A stretch of DNA of 32,112 bases from Octopus bimaculoides (lineage: Eukaryota): contig NC_068988.1 of the NCBI RefSeq assembly GCF_001194135.2, positions 16,634,475 to 16,666,586 on the forward strand, written 5' to 3'. Positions 10,140-22,069 of the stretch are shown one piece after another (position 1 is the stretch's first letter; every line of letters starts with the position of its first letter). The notes beneath the pieces are model-generated. The model was not told the origin of the DNA, did not search any database, and saw nothing but the letters and a program-made list of their open reading frames with translations. A program made the translations under genes and the position numbers.

Positions 10140-10260
10140 GTCTTTTAATCCTTTCGGGGTCGAGAAATTAAGTACCAGTTACATACTGAGGTCGGTCTAA
10201 TCGACTCCCCCCCCGCCCCAAAAATTTCGGGCATTTTTCCTAGAATAGGAAAGATTATTT
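10140..10260 (+). mobile_element. Family A SINE, 3' half
   Basis: CCTTTCGGGGTCGAGAAATTAAGTACCAG...TAATCGAC...GAAAGATTATT. Confidence 0.85.
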
Positions 10261-10709
10261 TCACAAAATGGAAAAAAAAAACATTCTTCTTTTGAGTTTT
10301 ATTTTGAAGCCTTTGGGATTTTGTAATTCGTAATTGATTTGTTATGTCTTAAAAACAGCTGATTAGGAATTTGAAAAACATATATCATTCGGCAAAAAGT
10401 ATTTTCAGTTCTTCGATTTTTGATTGAAAGACTTACAACACAACNNNNNNNNNNGGTCGGTCTAATCGACTCCCCCCCCGCCCCAAAAATTTCGGGCATT
10501 TTTCCTAGAATAGGAAAGATTATTTTCACAAAATGGAAAAAAAAAACATTCTTCTTTTGAGTTTTATTTTGAAGCCTTTGGGATTTTGTAATTCGTAATT
10601 GATTTGTTATGTCTTAAAAACAGCTGATTAGGAATTTGAAAAACATATATCATTCGGCAAAAAGTATTTTCAGTTCTTCGATTTTTGATTGAAAGACTTA
10701 CAACACAAC
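10190..10709 (+). repeat. Exact 255-bp duplication on either side of a 10-N gap (probable assembly artefact)
   Basis: 10190-10444 appears identical to 10455-10709. Confidence 0.9.
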
Positions 10710-10955
10710 GCTTTTTTTTTTTTTGAGGAAATATTATATAAATATTTTATATCTAAACATATAATATCAAACTCAGAGACACAACCCATAGAACAAATTC
10801 AAATATTACTTTGGATACACGAATGATGCGATGAATAAGCCATCGACAAGACATAAAATATTTGATGCTGCTGTTGTAATTGTTTATCCCGAGGACAGAT
10901 TTCAACTTAGAATTCTACGGTGTAGGCCGTTTTGATCACTATTAACACACGCACA

Positions 10956-11045
10956 CGTGTGTGTGTGTGTGTGTGTGTGTGTGAGAGTGTGTGTGTGTGT
11001 GTGTGTGAGTGTGTGTGTGTGTATGTGTATGTGTGTGTGTGTGCG
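10956..11045. repeat. (TG)n microsatellite
   Basis: Seen directly. Confidence 0.95.
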
Positions 11046-11200
11046 TATCTGTATGATTAAGAAATTCGCTTACCAGCCACATACTTTCTTGTTTCGTCCT
11101 ACTATGCAGCTAATACTAACCATTAGGTATGTGTTGTCTTCTCTAGCCCTGAGCTGCAAGTGGCTTGTGTGTGAATGTGGTTGGTGTAAACCTAGTAGAA

Positions 11201-11656
11201 GGCCATAGTGTGTTGTGACTCTATGGTAAGAAGCTTGCCTCACAACCACATGGTTCCGGGTTCAGTCCCACTACGTGAGACCTTCGGCAAGTGTCTTATA
11301 CTATAGCCTCGGATCGACCAATGCTTTGTGACTGAATTTGTTAGACAGAAACGGAAAGAAGCACATCGTATATATATATATATNNNNNNNNNNTATTTAT
11401 ATATATGTGTCTGTGTGTGTTTGTACGTCTGTGTATGTTTCTTTGTGTCTTTCTTTGTCTTTCCGTCACCGCTTTACAACCGGTGTTGGTATGTTTACCT
11501 CCCCGTAAGTTAGCAGTTTGACAAAAGACACTGATAGAAAAAGCACTAGGCTTGAAAAATAAGTCCTGGAGTTGATTTGCTCGAACAAAGTCCTTCAAGG
11601 TGGTGCTCCATCTTGGCTGCAGTCAAGCGATTGAAACAAGTTAGAGAGTAGAAGTA
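11201..11656 (+). mobile_element. tRNA-derived SINE family B, near full length, with internal microsatellite
   Basis: TGGTAAGAAGCTTGCC...ACCACATGGTTCCGGGTTCAGTCCCAC head; central (TA)/(TG) tract containing a 10-N gap; 3' part AAGGTGGTGCTCCA...GCAGTCAA...GAAACAAG. Confidence 0.9.
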
Positions 11657-11679
11657 TAAAAGGATACATGATTGTGTGT

Positions 11680-11790
11680 GTGTGTGTGTTTGTCGTCCGA
11701 TTCTTGACAGACGATGTCAATTATTACGAGTAAACACTTAAAGGTGGTGTACCAGCATGATCACAGTCAAATGAATGCGCAAAGCAACGA
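11680..11790 (+). mobile_element. SINE family B, degenerate 3' fragment
   Basis: TTGACAGACGATG and AAAGGTGGTGTACCAGCATGATCACAGTCAAATGA match the family 3' part. A similar, weaker fragment lies at about 8190-8285. Confidence 0.6.
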
Positions 11791-12434
11791 CGGGGAACAA
11801 ACAAACTTTAGGCTAGTTAAAATATGTCTGTGACATAGTTCAAACTTCTAAAGGCAGAATTATCTTTAATACCGAGGAGAAAAAAATCCTCTCATAAAAT
11901 ATGTAATATGCTTCCCTTACATGAAACAAATGTCTTATCTTTTTTGAATAGATGTATGTATATATGTTTGTGTGTGTGTTTGTGTGTGTGTTTGTGTGCG
12001 TGTGTGTGTGCGTGGAGACAAGAGGTGTCTGAGGAGAGATGACAATTTATCTGCTAGAATCTATAGAGTAACAAGTAAATGAAATTGCTAGAATTAAGAA
12101 TTGTTATCTTTGGAAGTTTAATGTAGGAATTTATTTATAAAGAGAAATATCGTTTATTTATTAAATTCAAAGAGCGGGTTAATAAATCTTCTTTACAAAT
12201 CAGTATACCAATTAGAAATATGGATACACAAATAAAGCAAGTAATTGCATTTTTACAAATATTGCATAATAACTATTAAATTAACTCTATAAATAAATGA
12301 TATTTTCTAAATATTCTATTTAATTTGAAATTATCATTAATAATGTTTATAATTTCAAATAACTTCTACGTTAATGTACATTGATCATATTACAGAATAT
12401 AAAAAAAACCCAATTACGAATTTGTACTTGTTTG

Positions 12435-12610
12435 AATAGCACAGTCAGTCGATCAAGTGTATTGTTCTAGGTAGTTGCGCGACTGTACTTTATGATTTCG
12501 AATCTCGGCGACGTGAAACTTTTACCTTTAGCCGCGGTTGCTTACGATAATATAAATTGGGGTGAGGCGATCGAATAGCATTTCTCAGACATTTCTGGCT
12601 TGTAAATAAT
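12435..12610 (+). mobile_element. Old, degenerate SINE (family A-like)
   Basis: TGATTTCGAATCTCGGCGACGTGAAACTTTTACCTTT...GATAATATAAAT...GATCGA resembles the family A B-box and body. Confidence 0.5.
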
Positions 12611-15129
12611 TATTAGCAATTATAAAGCTTCTAGAACTACGAGAAATTTAGAAAATATAGGCCATCAATAACTACAGGGAACGTATCGAATGGTATACAT
12701 GTAAACTAACTTTTGAAATGTTTCCTCTGTATCGGAGGAAGAAAAATAACAAATCAACAGTTATTGCTGAAGTCTTTCAAATTTAAATTAGCAATGATGT
12801 TGAAAGAGGAAGAATTAATTTCGCAGAAAATAAATTCCCATGTGTAACAGTAGAACGATTAAATTGTTGACACGAAATTCACCAGAATTCATGGCAAGCC
12901 TGCTTGAAGGAAGAGTCGACAGAAATTTTGCATATGGAAAAAAAATGACCTTATATCTATCTATCTATCTATCTATCTATCTTAGTAAGTATCTACTGAT
13001 ATGTTATATTCCGATATTCAGGCATATGTGCGTTGTTGAAAGGAGACTATCGGTATATTAATTTCGCTATAGACCTCTATTGCAATATTTAGAAAGAAAG
13101 TAGGACAACAAATTTAATAAGTAAACAAGAAAAAAAAAATTATTATAAACGATATATACTTCGAGTGAAGCAACAGAATCGTGAAAACCTTTCTCAGTGC
13201 AATTCTATAGCTTATTATACCTGCAATGAATGACACTGTCACTTGCAGCTATCTTTAATGGAGTGTTTCAAAATTAAAGCTGCTATAACCCTTTGGCTAG
13301 TTTTATACATACTTACATACATACATATATACATACATGCATATGCATACATACGTACATATATATATATATATANNNNNNNNNNNNNNNNNNNNNNNNN
13401 NNNNNNNNNNNNNNNNNNNNNNNNNNNNNNNNNNNNNNNNNNNNNNNNNNNNNNNNNNNNNNNNNNNNNNNNNNNNNNNNNNNNNNNNNNNNNNNNNNNN
13501 NNNNNNNNNNNNNNNNNNNNNNNNNNNNNNNNNNNNNNNNNNNNNNNNNNNNNNNNNNNNNNNNNNNNNNNNNNNNNNNNNNNNNNNNNNNNNNATATAT
13601 ATATTATTATTATTATTATTATGTGTCGGTCTGTCACTGTGTGTGTATCTGCGTACGTGTATGAATAAGCATATTCAAATGATGTTTCTCATGAAATAAA
13701 CGCCACTAGGATATTGTATTATAAATGAAGAAAAGGTAGGGCATATGCGAATTTGAAAGAATGCTCGAAGTGATGTCACATTCAGTGACGCTCTATAGTT
13801 CATTCACTCTCTCTCCCCATCCCCACCTCGTTCCTCTTAGACAATTACATACGTATGCATATGTGTGTTGCTTTTGTTCATGATTGTGTCTCTGATTTGC
13901 GTATAGGCACGTTAGTGTATGTCTCTATGCGTCTCTTTGCACAAGTCAGCAGTAGTTTTCCAAATTTGAAATTTACTGTGGGTGTAAGAAGAAATCTATA
14001 TTTTTCAGCCGCGCCTTCAATGATTTATGATTTAGTTTTTATACGAATAAAATTAATTTGGACTCTTTTAATTTCTATTTGTAGATCTCCTGGCTCTGTT
14101 GCTTATAAACTTCATCATCTATCTGAGTACACAAACTTGTACACCCTTCAGATTTTCACATTTACATATATACACAAATACTTACATACATGCATACATA
14201 CATACATACACTTGTGAACCCTCATACACATACAAACACTCAGCATATATAAACGTATATATATATATATATATATATNNNNNNNNNNNNNNNNNNNNNN
14301 NNNNNNNNNNNNNNNNNNNNNNNNNNNNNNNNNNNNNNNNNNNNNNNNNNNNNNNNNNNNNNNNNNNNNNNNNNNNNNNNNNNNNNNNNNNNNNNNNNNN
14401 NNNNNNNNNNNNNNNNNNNNNNNNNNNNNNNNNNNNNNNNNNNNNNNNNNNNNNNNNNNNNNNNNNNNNNNNNNNNNNNNNNNNNNNNNNNNNNNNNNNN
14501 NNNNNNNNNNNNNNNNNNNNNNNNNNNNNNNNNNNNNNNNNNNNNNNNNNNNNNNNNNNNNNNNNNNNNNNNNNNNNNNNNNNNNNNNNNNNNNNNNNNN
14601 NNNNNNNNNNNNNNNNNNNNNNNNNNNNNNNNNNNNNNNNNNNNNNNNNNNNNNNNNNNNNNNNNNNNNNNNNNNNNNNNNNNNNNNNNNNNNNNNNNNN
14701 NNNNNNNNNNNNNNNNNNNNNNNNNNNNNNNNNNNNNNNNNNNNNNNNNNNNNNNNNNNNNNNNNNNNNNNNNNNNNNNNNNNNNNNNNNNNNNNNNNNN
14801 NNNNNNNNNNNNNNNNNNNNNNNNNNNNNNNNNNNNNNNNNNNNNNNNNNNNNNNNNNNNNNNNNNNNNNNNNNNNNNNNNNNNNNNNNNNNNNNNNNNN
14901 NNNNNNNNNNNNNNNNNNNNNNNNNNNNNNNNNNNNNNNNNNNNNNNNNNNNNNNNNNNNNNNNNNNNNNNNNNNNNNNNNNNNNNNNNNNNNNNNNNNN
15001 NNNNNNNNNNNNNNNNNNNNNNNNNNNNNNNNNNNNNNNNNNNNNNNNNNNNNNNNNNNNNNNNNNNNNNNNNNNNNNNNNNNNNNNNNNNNNNNNNNNN
15101 NNNNNNNNNNNNNNNNNNNNNNNNNNNNN

Positions 15130-15162
<33 letters not shown>

Positions 15163-15214
15163 CATATGAGTAATAATAAATCTCTGAGAGAGGTATAAAC
15201 TGTAGCTGCACGAA

Positions 15215-15491
15215 AACGTCAAGTATAATTTCCACTTAAATGTGGCTAACCGCTAAGGGTGGATGTTACTGTAGCTTGTAGCCCCAGAAGGACACCTCCT
15301 CCAGCTGGCTATTGACACACTTTATGTGCCCTATCAGTATTTGGGAAGGATGGCTTCCCTTTGCAAATACTGATATGGCATAGAAAGTGTGTCAGTAGCC
15401 AGCTGGAGGGTGTGTCCTCCTGGGGCTACAAGCTACTGTACTATCCACACTAAGCGGTTATCCATATTTATGTGGTAAATACACTTCACGT

Positions 15492-15492
<1 letters not shown>
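15215..15492. mobile_element. 278-bp foldback (palindromic) MITE-like element
   Basis: Arms 15215-15343 and 15364-15492 are ungapped inverted repeats, 110/129 identical by manual count. The 20-bp centre contains a GGGAAG/CTTCCC mini-stem. No convincing TSD was found. Confidence 0.8.
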
Positions 15493-15536
<44 letters not shown>

Positions 15537-15848
15537 NNNNNNNNNNTGTGTGTCATATGTGTGTCTGTTAGAACATATTTTCTTATACTTGTTTATTCTG
15601 GTTTAGAGTTCCTAGTTCGTACATTAAACGTCTGTATATTTGCTTAGACGTGGCTGCTCATACACAGCTCTGGATTTTATTACATTCTTATGTGTTGAAT
15701 CTTTGAGATGGTGAAATCGATTCTTTGTCGCAAAAACTACGTTGCTGTTGGTGTATGAGTATTTGTTCGTGCATCACGTTATGCTGTCAGATGCGAGTTT
15801 CGAAGGATTTGAGAGAAAGAGCTGATATGCGAAAGCGTGTGATTTTGC

Positions 15849-16724
15849 ACGTTCATAAATAAACATATACGTATAAGCATGCATAACTATATATATATAT
15901 ATATATACATATATATATGGTGCCATATATATGATGGTGTCATATNNNNNNNNNNNNNNNNNNNNNNNNNNNNNNNNNNNNNNNNNNNNNNNNNNNNNNN
16001 NNNNNNNNNNNNNNNNNNNNNNNNNNNNNNNNNNNNNNNNNNNNNNNNNNNNNNNNNNNNNNNNNNNNNNNNNNNNNNNNNNNNNNNNNNNNNNNNNNNN
16101 NNNNNNNNNNNNNNNNNNNNNNNNNNNNNNNNNNNNNNNNNNNNNNNNNNNNNNNNNNNNNNNNNNNNNNNNNNNNNNNNNNNNNNNNNNNNNNNNNNNN
16201 NNNNNNNNNNNNNNNNNNNNNNNNNNNNNNNNNNNNNNNNNNNNNNNNNNNNNNNNNNNNNNNNNNNNNNNNNNNNNNNNNNNNNNNNNNNNNNNNNNNN
16301 NNNNNNNNNNNNNNNNNNNNNNNNNNNNNNNNNNNNNNNNNNNNNNNNNNNNNNNNNNNNNNNNNNNNNNNNNNNNNNNNNNNNNNNNNNNNNNNNNNNN
16401 NNNNNNNNNNNNNNNNNNNNNNNNNNNNNNNNNNNNNNNNNNNNNNNNNNNNNNNNNNNNNNNNNNNNNNNNNNNNNNNNNNNNNNNNNNNNNNNNNNNN
16501 NNNNNNNNNNNNNNNNNNNNNNNNNNNNNNNNNNNNNNNNNNNNNNNNNNNNNNNNNNNNNNNNNNNNNNNNNNNNNNNNNNNNNNNNNNNNNNNNNNNN
16601 NNNNNNNNNNNNNNNNNNNNNNNNNNNACGTTCATAAATAAACATATACGTATAAGCATGCATAACTATATATATATATATATATACATATATATATGGT
16701 GCCATATATATGATGGTGTCATAT
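15849..16724 (+). repeat. Exact 97-bp duplication on either side of a 682-N gap (probable assembly overlap)
   Basis: 15849-15945 appears identical to 16628-16724. Confidence 0.9.
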
Positions 16725-19123
16725 ATTCATAAGCAGAGGCTATAAATATTGTTTACATACAATAAACAAACCAATTTGTTCAATGTCCAATATCATACAA
16801 TACGCATATTTACTGCTTCACTGAACCACATTTATCATTAACTTATTTAACATTTATAGCGTAATCAACGTTTGGACATGTATTACGTTGCCGAGCACAT
16901 CATGTTTCCATGGGATCAAATCTAACAACTGATTCATCTTCAGCTTTGTTTCTTATACATCTTTATGCTGATACTCACAGATACACTAATTTCCTAAACC
17001 TTTAATTTCAACATTGAATATGCATGTTAAATGCAGATACTCTTCAAAGTAGACAGCTTCTTCTAAAGCGCACTTAATACTTAAATAATACATTACCGGA
17101 CTAATAACCGGTAAATTTCTGAGCAGAGATGTTCCAGATTTGTTGTTTTCCGGTTTATAATTTTAATTCGTGTTTAACAAATTCAAATTAACACACTCGT
17201 AAAGCAGGACCTGCTTGGTAGTTATCCATGCACTACATATTCTTCAAATAGATCAAACTGTAGCATGTATACAGTATAATGTTTATAGGATGAAAATTAA
17301 ATGAAGAAAAGTAAAGAACATGGTTTTATTTAACAGATACAGGTACAAATTAATACAATTCTAAAGCAGACCATGTTTAATCTCTAAGAATCAACTTTAA
17401 AATGTTAGTAGCACGACGGTTTTAATACACGGTATGCAAATTAACCTGCTTCAAATACAAGAACTCTTAACCCAGTACAGGTAAATCATACTGTATGATA
17501 TTGAGCAATATTCCCAGATTTCTGAAAATTCTGTATTCCGGGAAACCGCATAAGTGTTCCTGTACTCTAATATCTACCAAACTAAAAAATATCAGATACT
17601 TAATACTGCATTCCAAAAAGAAAGGGGAAAAAAGATGACTGTCTTGTTATGTTTTTATGTTTGCAGAAATAAAGATGCCCGCGCAAGAAGAGAGCAAAAC
17701 AAATAAGAAAACTTATTTTTATTTCTACAATCTTTTTAGCTATATTAAAATTATTCATAATAAAACTCCTTTTATTTTCAAATAGATAATACGAATGGCA
17801 AATTTCGATTTGTTTTTCCGTTTGGTGATCGATAATGACAAAGTATTCCTGTAGGGTCATAACATACCATCGCGTGTTCTTTTTCTAGAAAAAAAAAAAA
17901 AGAAAAGCAAACTAAAAGCAAACTAAAAGCAGATTTTTTCAAATAGTTTAATAATTTTGCACCAATGATCTTAACATGATTATTGACTTCAACGGGAGGC
18001 GACTTTTATATTCTGTTGTTATTGATGCTTATACTTATAGTAGCTATAATGGAGCGGGCGTAATATCACAAGCATTCTAAACGTTTTTATTTAGATTACA
18101 TTATACCCATTCTAAATTGTAAGTAGAGGGATTAAGTAAAACCTGGAGTATATTTTTAGAACAACGCCCCATCGTTGGAATGATAGTTTTATGTAGAAAA
18201 CTCGATATAAAAAAAAAATATGTATATTACCATTTAACTGCAATCACCATATACCTTAGAAAAAACAACTATTTTTGCATAATAGTTTTATGGATGAAAT
18301 GCATGAAATGATTCTTGCCATCTATATCATCTCTAAATACGTGCTTCATAAATTGCATTTTGCAAAGGTTTAACGGATGTTTGTTTGAAATTTTTATCAC
18401 GTCGAAATTTGCTTGTATTTTGGAATAATGAGTACTATTCCAGGTGGTTCTATTAAGTTTAAACTTCACTCGAACCAATAATGACTGAAATCTAACTCGT
18501 ATATACACACATACATACATGCACATACTTGTTTATATGCTTGTGTATGTGCCCATGTGTGGGTCCAAAATCATTTCCTATTCTATGAGTAGTCTATCTG
18601 GAAAACAATTTTAAAAATAACGAAACCATGAAAATAAGATTTAAGCTTTGTTATTGGCGATAATTTAGAATTCGGGAGTTAGATAATATTCAGAGATAAA
18701 TATCACTCTGAATAACACAGAATATTGATTTTTTTCTCTCTGCTATGACATTTCTGACTACTGACTTTGTCACACTTTTGCAAAGATTAATGGAATTTTT
18801 GTAGCGAATAATGCCAAATTTACACTTTACGTTTATTCAACGACGTTATAAACTTTGCAAAATAGCCTAGACTTTAATACATATTATGAAAAAAAAAAGA
18901 CTCATATTGGAAATGGGAAAATAGATAATATGAGAATATAGTCTTTTTTAGTAGAAATAGAGGGTTATTTTCTGTTTAATTATTCCGAACTATAGATAAT
19001 TTAGTATGAAATCGAAAAGCTAATAAAAATATCGCAACAGATTTCAGAAGTTATATCAAATAGCGTATTATCGATAGAAATTGACAATAAAAGGAATTCA
19101 GCTGTTTCATTAAGACTGTACAA

Positions 19124-19165
19124 ACACACACGCAAACACACACACACACACACACNNNNNNNNNN

Positions 19166-19210
<45 letters not shown>

Positions 19211-19420
19211 TAAGCACAAAAATGCAAAACGACGTGGTAAAAAGTAGTACTCGCTTACCGAAAGTAGAGTAATGTGCTTCTTTATAAAAGCTGCAAAAAC
19301 ATCACAAAAAAGCTGTGACTGAGTCTCACGTTCCCGTTCGTCGGGCAGTCGTTATCAAGAAATTCCGAGTCACAGTTGTTTGTGATGTTTTTGCAGCTTT
19401 AAAAAACGGTATGTGTGTAT

Positions 19421-19453
<33 letters not shown>

Positions 19454-19880
19454 TAGGACTATCACTACAATACTTCACTGGAAGGACGGTGCATTTCCAC
19501 ATAACGAACTCATAAACCGCTTGAACGTAACTTTTTCGGCTTGTTTTTCCAACTTGTTTTTCTTTCACATCCCTCGTTTCACTGCTGCTCTCCCTTGTTC
19601 TTTCGCTATGTGCATTCCATATACCCACATGCATAACTTCCACGCCCCTACACAATATACATATCTACTGCACACATACAAACGCACGCGTAATCACATC
19701 ACGTACACACATATCATAGTACGTACAAAAAATCTGCACCTACAGACACACACAGGCGTACACTCATACACAAATGCTTATATACGACACAGACACACAC
19801 TATTGCACACATACTCACACATGCTCATAAGCACACATACATACACACACATAAACATAAGCAAACACACTGCGTGACCT
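19124..19880. repeat. (CA)n tracts and CA-rich low-complexity region
   Basis: Seen directly; it produces the H/T-rich ORFs 19413..19877 and 19326..19655. Confidence 0.85.
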
Positions 19881-20161
19881 ACTGCCTCACATACATATCA
19901 CATAGCCCTAGATCCCATCCTACTGTTACTAACATTTTACATTCATTCCCACACAGTAACAATTTCATGTGGATTCTTTTGCAAATTTTAGATAAATTAA
20001 ATCACCTCCGAATACCTAGAATTAAGTGCTAAACATGTGAAAGTAAACCTAAAGCGGTTTCTTTTACATAAGGACAATAAAATCTGCTTCCCAAAGAAAA
20101 TGAAAGTTTTACTCCACCGCTATTAAATCATATCACATGGGAGATTAATATTCCTTTCTCA

Positions 20162-20214
<53 letters not shown>

Positions 20215-20794
20215 ATAAAAGGCTATTACATGCTGCAATTATTTTCGTTTGTTCTGTCTAGCTACCTGGTGAGTACGTAGTTCATTGTGCAACGACTGTA
20301 ACAACAACAAAGCCATTTCATGTATCATCAAACTACTTTTATATTTTGTAATCACGTTCCTAACATATGTGCAGAGCGGGACATTGGAAATATAAGATTA
20401 TTGATCATTTGCTTATTAAATACTGTTATGAATAATTGATATGGAATATGGATTTTTATGATTGGCAGTTACATCAACTATTATTTGTTTATCATATTCT
20501 TATGTTTATCTAGTTTCACCCATTAGACTCTGGTCATATTTTTGGAGAATTTTAGTCGATATTTTTATATCCGATAATAATTCTTTTCTATCGAACCACT
20601 AGTTCCCAGGGAAGTTATACAGTTTTACATAGACATGTTATAGCACAGTTTTCGACATTCACATTCCTTGACATAACAATGAACGTACGAGTTTTAGAGT
20701 AAAAGACTGTAACGCGGCGGGACTGAACGCGAAAAACAACAACAGGAACAACAACAACGTCAAACCACAAAAATGATTTCAAATTTTGGCAAAT

Positions 20795-20954
20795 GTGCAG
20801 TAAGTTAGGGGAAGAGGGCAAGTCGATTGCATCGACTTCGGTACTAAGCTGGTATCTATTATATCAAACCCGAAATGACGAAAGGCAAAGACAACCTCGG
20901 GGACATTTGAAATCAGAATTTAAGGTCGGAAGACCAGACTACTCACGTGCCGCC
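20795..20954 (-). mobile_element. Family A SINE, diverged
   Basis: The plus strand shows GATTGCATCGAC...CTGGTATCTATTATATCAAACCCGAAATGACGAAAGGCAAAG...ATTTGAAATCAGAA...GTGCCGCC, the reverse complement of the family A pattern. Confidence 0.75.
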
Positions 20955-20977
20955 TTATCAACAACGACGACAACAAC

Positions 20978-21205
20978 AATAATAATAGTAATCCCTTCTA
21001 CTGAAGGCACAAGGCCTGACATTTTGGAGGAGGGGGACAAGTCAATTACATCTACCCCAGTGTTTCACTGGTACTCAATTTATCGACCCCCGAAAGGATG
21101 AAAGGTAAAGTCGACCTCGGCAGAATTTGAACTCAGAACGTAAAGACCGACGAAATGCCGCTAAGCATTTCGTCCGGCGTGCTAACGATTCTGCCAGCTC
21201 GCCGC
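20978..21205 (-). mobile_element. Family A SINE, full length and best-preserved copy
   Basis: The reverse complement reads GCGGCGAGCTGGCAGAATCGTTAGCACGCCGGACGAAATGCTTAGCGG...GTTCTGAGTTCAAATTCTGCCGAGGTCGACTTTACCTTTCATCCTTTCGGGGGTCGATAAATTGAGTACCAG... and ends in an (ATT)n-like tail. Confidence 0.95.
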
Positions 21206-21206
21206 T

Positions 21207-21234
21207 TCAATAATAATAACAACGATAATGATAC

Positions 21235-21269
<35 letters not shown>

Positions 21270-21313
21270 ATAAATAATGATAATAATAATAATAATAATG
21301 ATAATAGTAATAA
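21207..21313. repeat. Compound (AAT)n/(TAC)n/(AAT)n microsatellite
   Basis: Seen directly. Confidence 0.95.
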
Positions 21314-21528
21314 TTAATTCGTTTATTGGCCACAATGGCTTACATAAAATTACATTAGAACACATACAACAACATAAAAGACAAAAAGAGGACAATAAAA
21401 TGGGTTTTACAACGTCTAAACATTATAAATAACGATTAAAAATTAAACAATTTAAAACCCTCAATGGTGAGGCTCACCACCACATATACAGAGCTTAATA
21501 ATAATAATAATAAATCTAATATTCATAA

Positions 21529-21677
21529 CAACTGCTAAATGCTCACAAACTGATACCAGAATGTTTGACAAAGGCAAGACAACATTGCTCTTTAAAACCA
21601 TCGCTAAACAGAAAATCGTCTCGGTAGACAACTATGGACTGATATCATGCTTACCACCTATGCGGAAGTTATTGAAA
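21529..21677 (+). pseudogene. Reverse-transcriptase fragment of a non-LTR retrotransposon (R4/Dong-like)
   Basis: With one frameshift: QLLNAHKLIPECLT/KGKTTLLFKTIAKQKIVSVDNYGLISCLPPMRKLL. This resembles the early RT block P-E-W-L-T-x-G-x-T-x-L-L-x-K...NYRPI-x-CL...KL of non-LTR elements. The clade call is by eye. Confidence 0.7.
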
Positions 21678-21702
21678 GAAACTATTATTATTATTATTAA
21701 TA

Positions 21703-21868
21703 TGGTGGCGATCTGGCAGAATTGTTTGCGCGCTGGACGTAATGCTTAGTAGTATTTCACTCGGCGCTACGTTCTGATTTCAAATTCCGCCCTTTCGGAG
21801 TCGGTAAATTAAGTACCAGAGAAACACTGTCGTTGATGTGATCGACGTAGCATCTACCACCACAATTT
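21703..21868 (+). mobile_element. Family A SINE with internal deletion
   Basis: GGTGGCGATCTGGCAGAATTGTTTGCGCGCTGGACGTAATGCTTAG...CGTTCTGATTTCAAATTCCGCC, then CTTTCGGAGTCGGTAAATTAAGTACCAG. Confidence 0.85.
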
Positions 21869-21897
21869 CATCACATGTCCCGAGTAATTCTCATTAC

Positions 21898-21967
21898 AAG
21901 GTCTCATTTCCGTCAAATATATCGTTGCTACTCATAAATAAAACCACTGTAGATAGAGTCTGGAGAT
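21898..21967 (-). CDS. Candidate coding exon 3 of an unknown secreted/membrane protein: (D)LQTLSTVVLFMSSNDIFDGNET
   Basis: Acceptor TTTCATCCACAG and donor GTAATG. It is phase-compatible with the previous exon across a 102-nt intron. No homology was recognised. Confidence 0.3.
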
Positions 21968-22069
21968 CTGTGGATGAAACTTGCCACAGGCAGTAAAACA
22001 ACTAAGCAAGAACAACTGCAAACAGAATACTAATTTGTCACATAACCATTTTCCAAGCTTCGCACTCAC

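Noticed and set aside
10190-10709. 255-bp tandem duplication as a biological event
   Set aside because: The copies appear identical and directly flank a 10-N gap, which is typical of an unmerged contig overlap.
12661-12948. Plus-strand frame of 96 codons with only two internal stops
   Set aside because: No recognisable motif. This degree of openness is expected occasionally across six frames of 32 kb.
13855-14217. 120-aa plus-strand ORF, with a largely open frame on the opposite strand
   Set aside because: Both ends are low-complexity sequence, and there is no homology or consistent splice structure.
4812-16705. Long ORFs of 119-356 aa in the track (for example 4812..5630, 14099..15169, 15879..16637)
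   Set aside because: They are open only because they cross N-runs and (TA)n tracts, giving X and YI repeats.
15849-16724. 97-bp direct repeats as LTRs or TSDs of a hidden element
   Set aside because: They appear identical and each abuts the gap, so a contig overlap is the simpler explanation.
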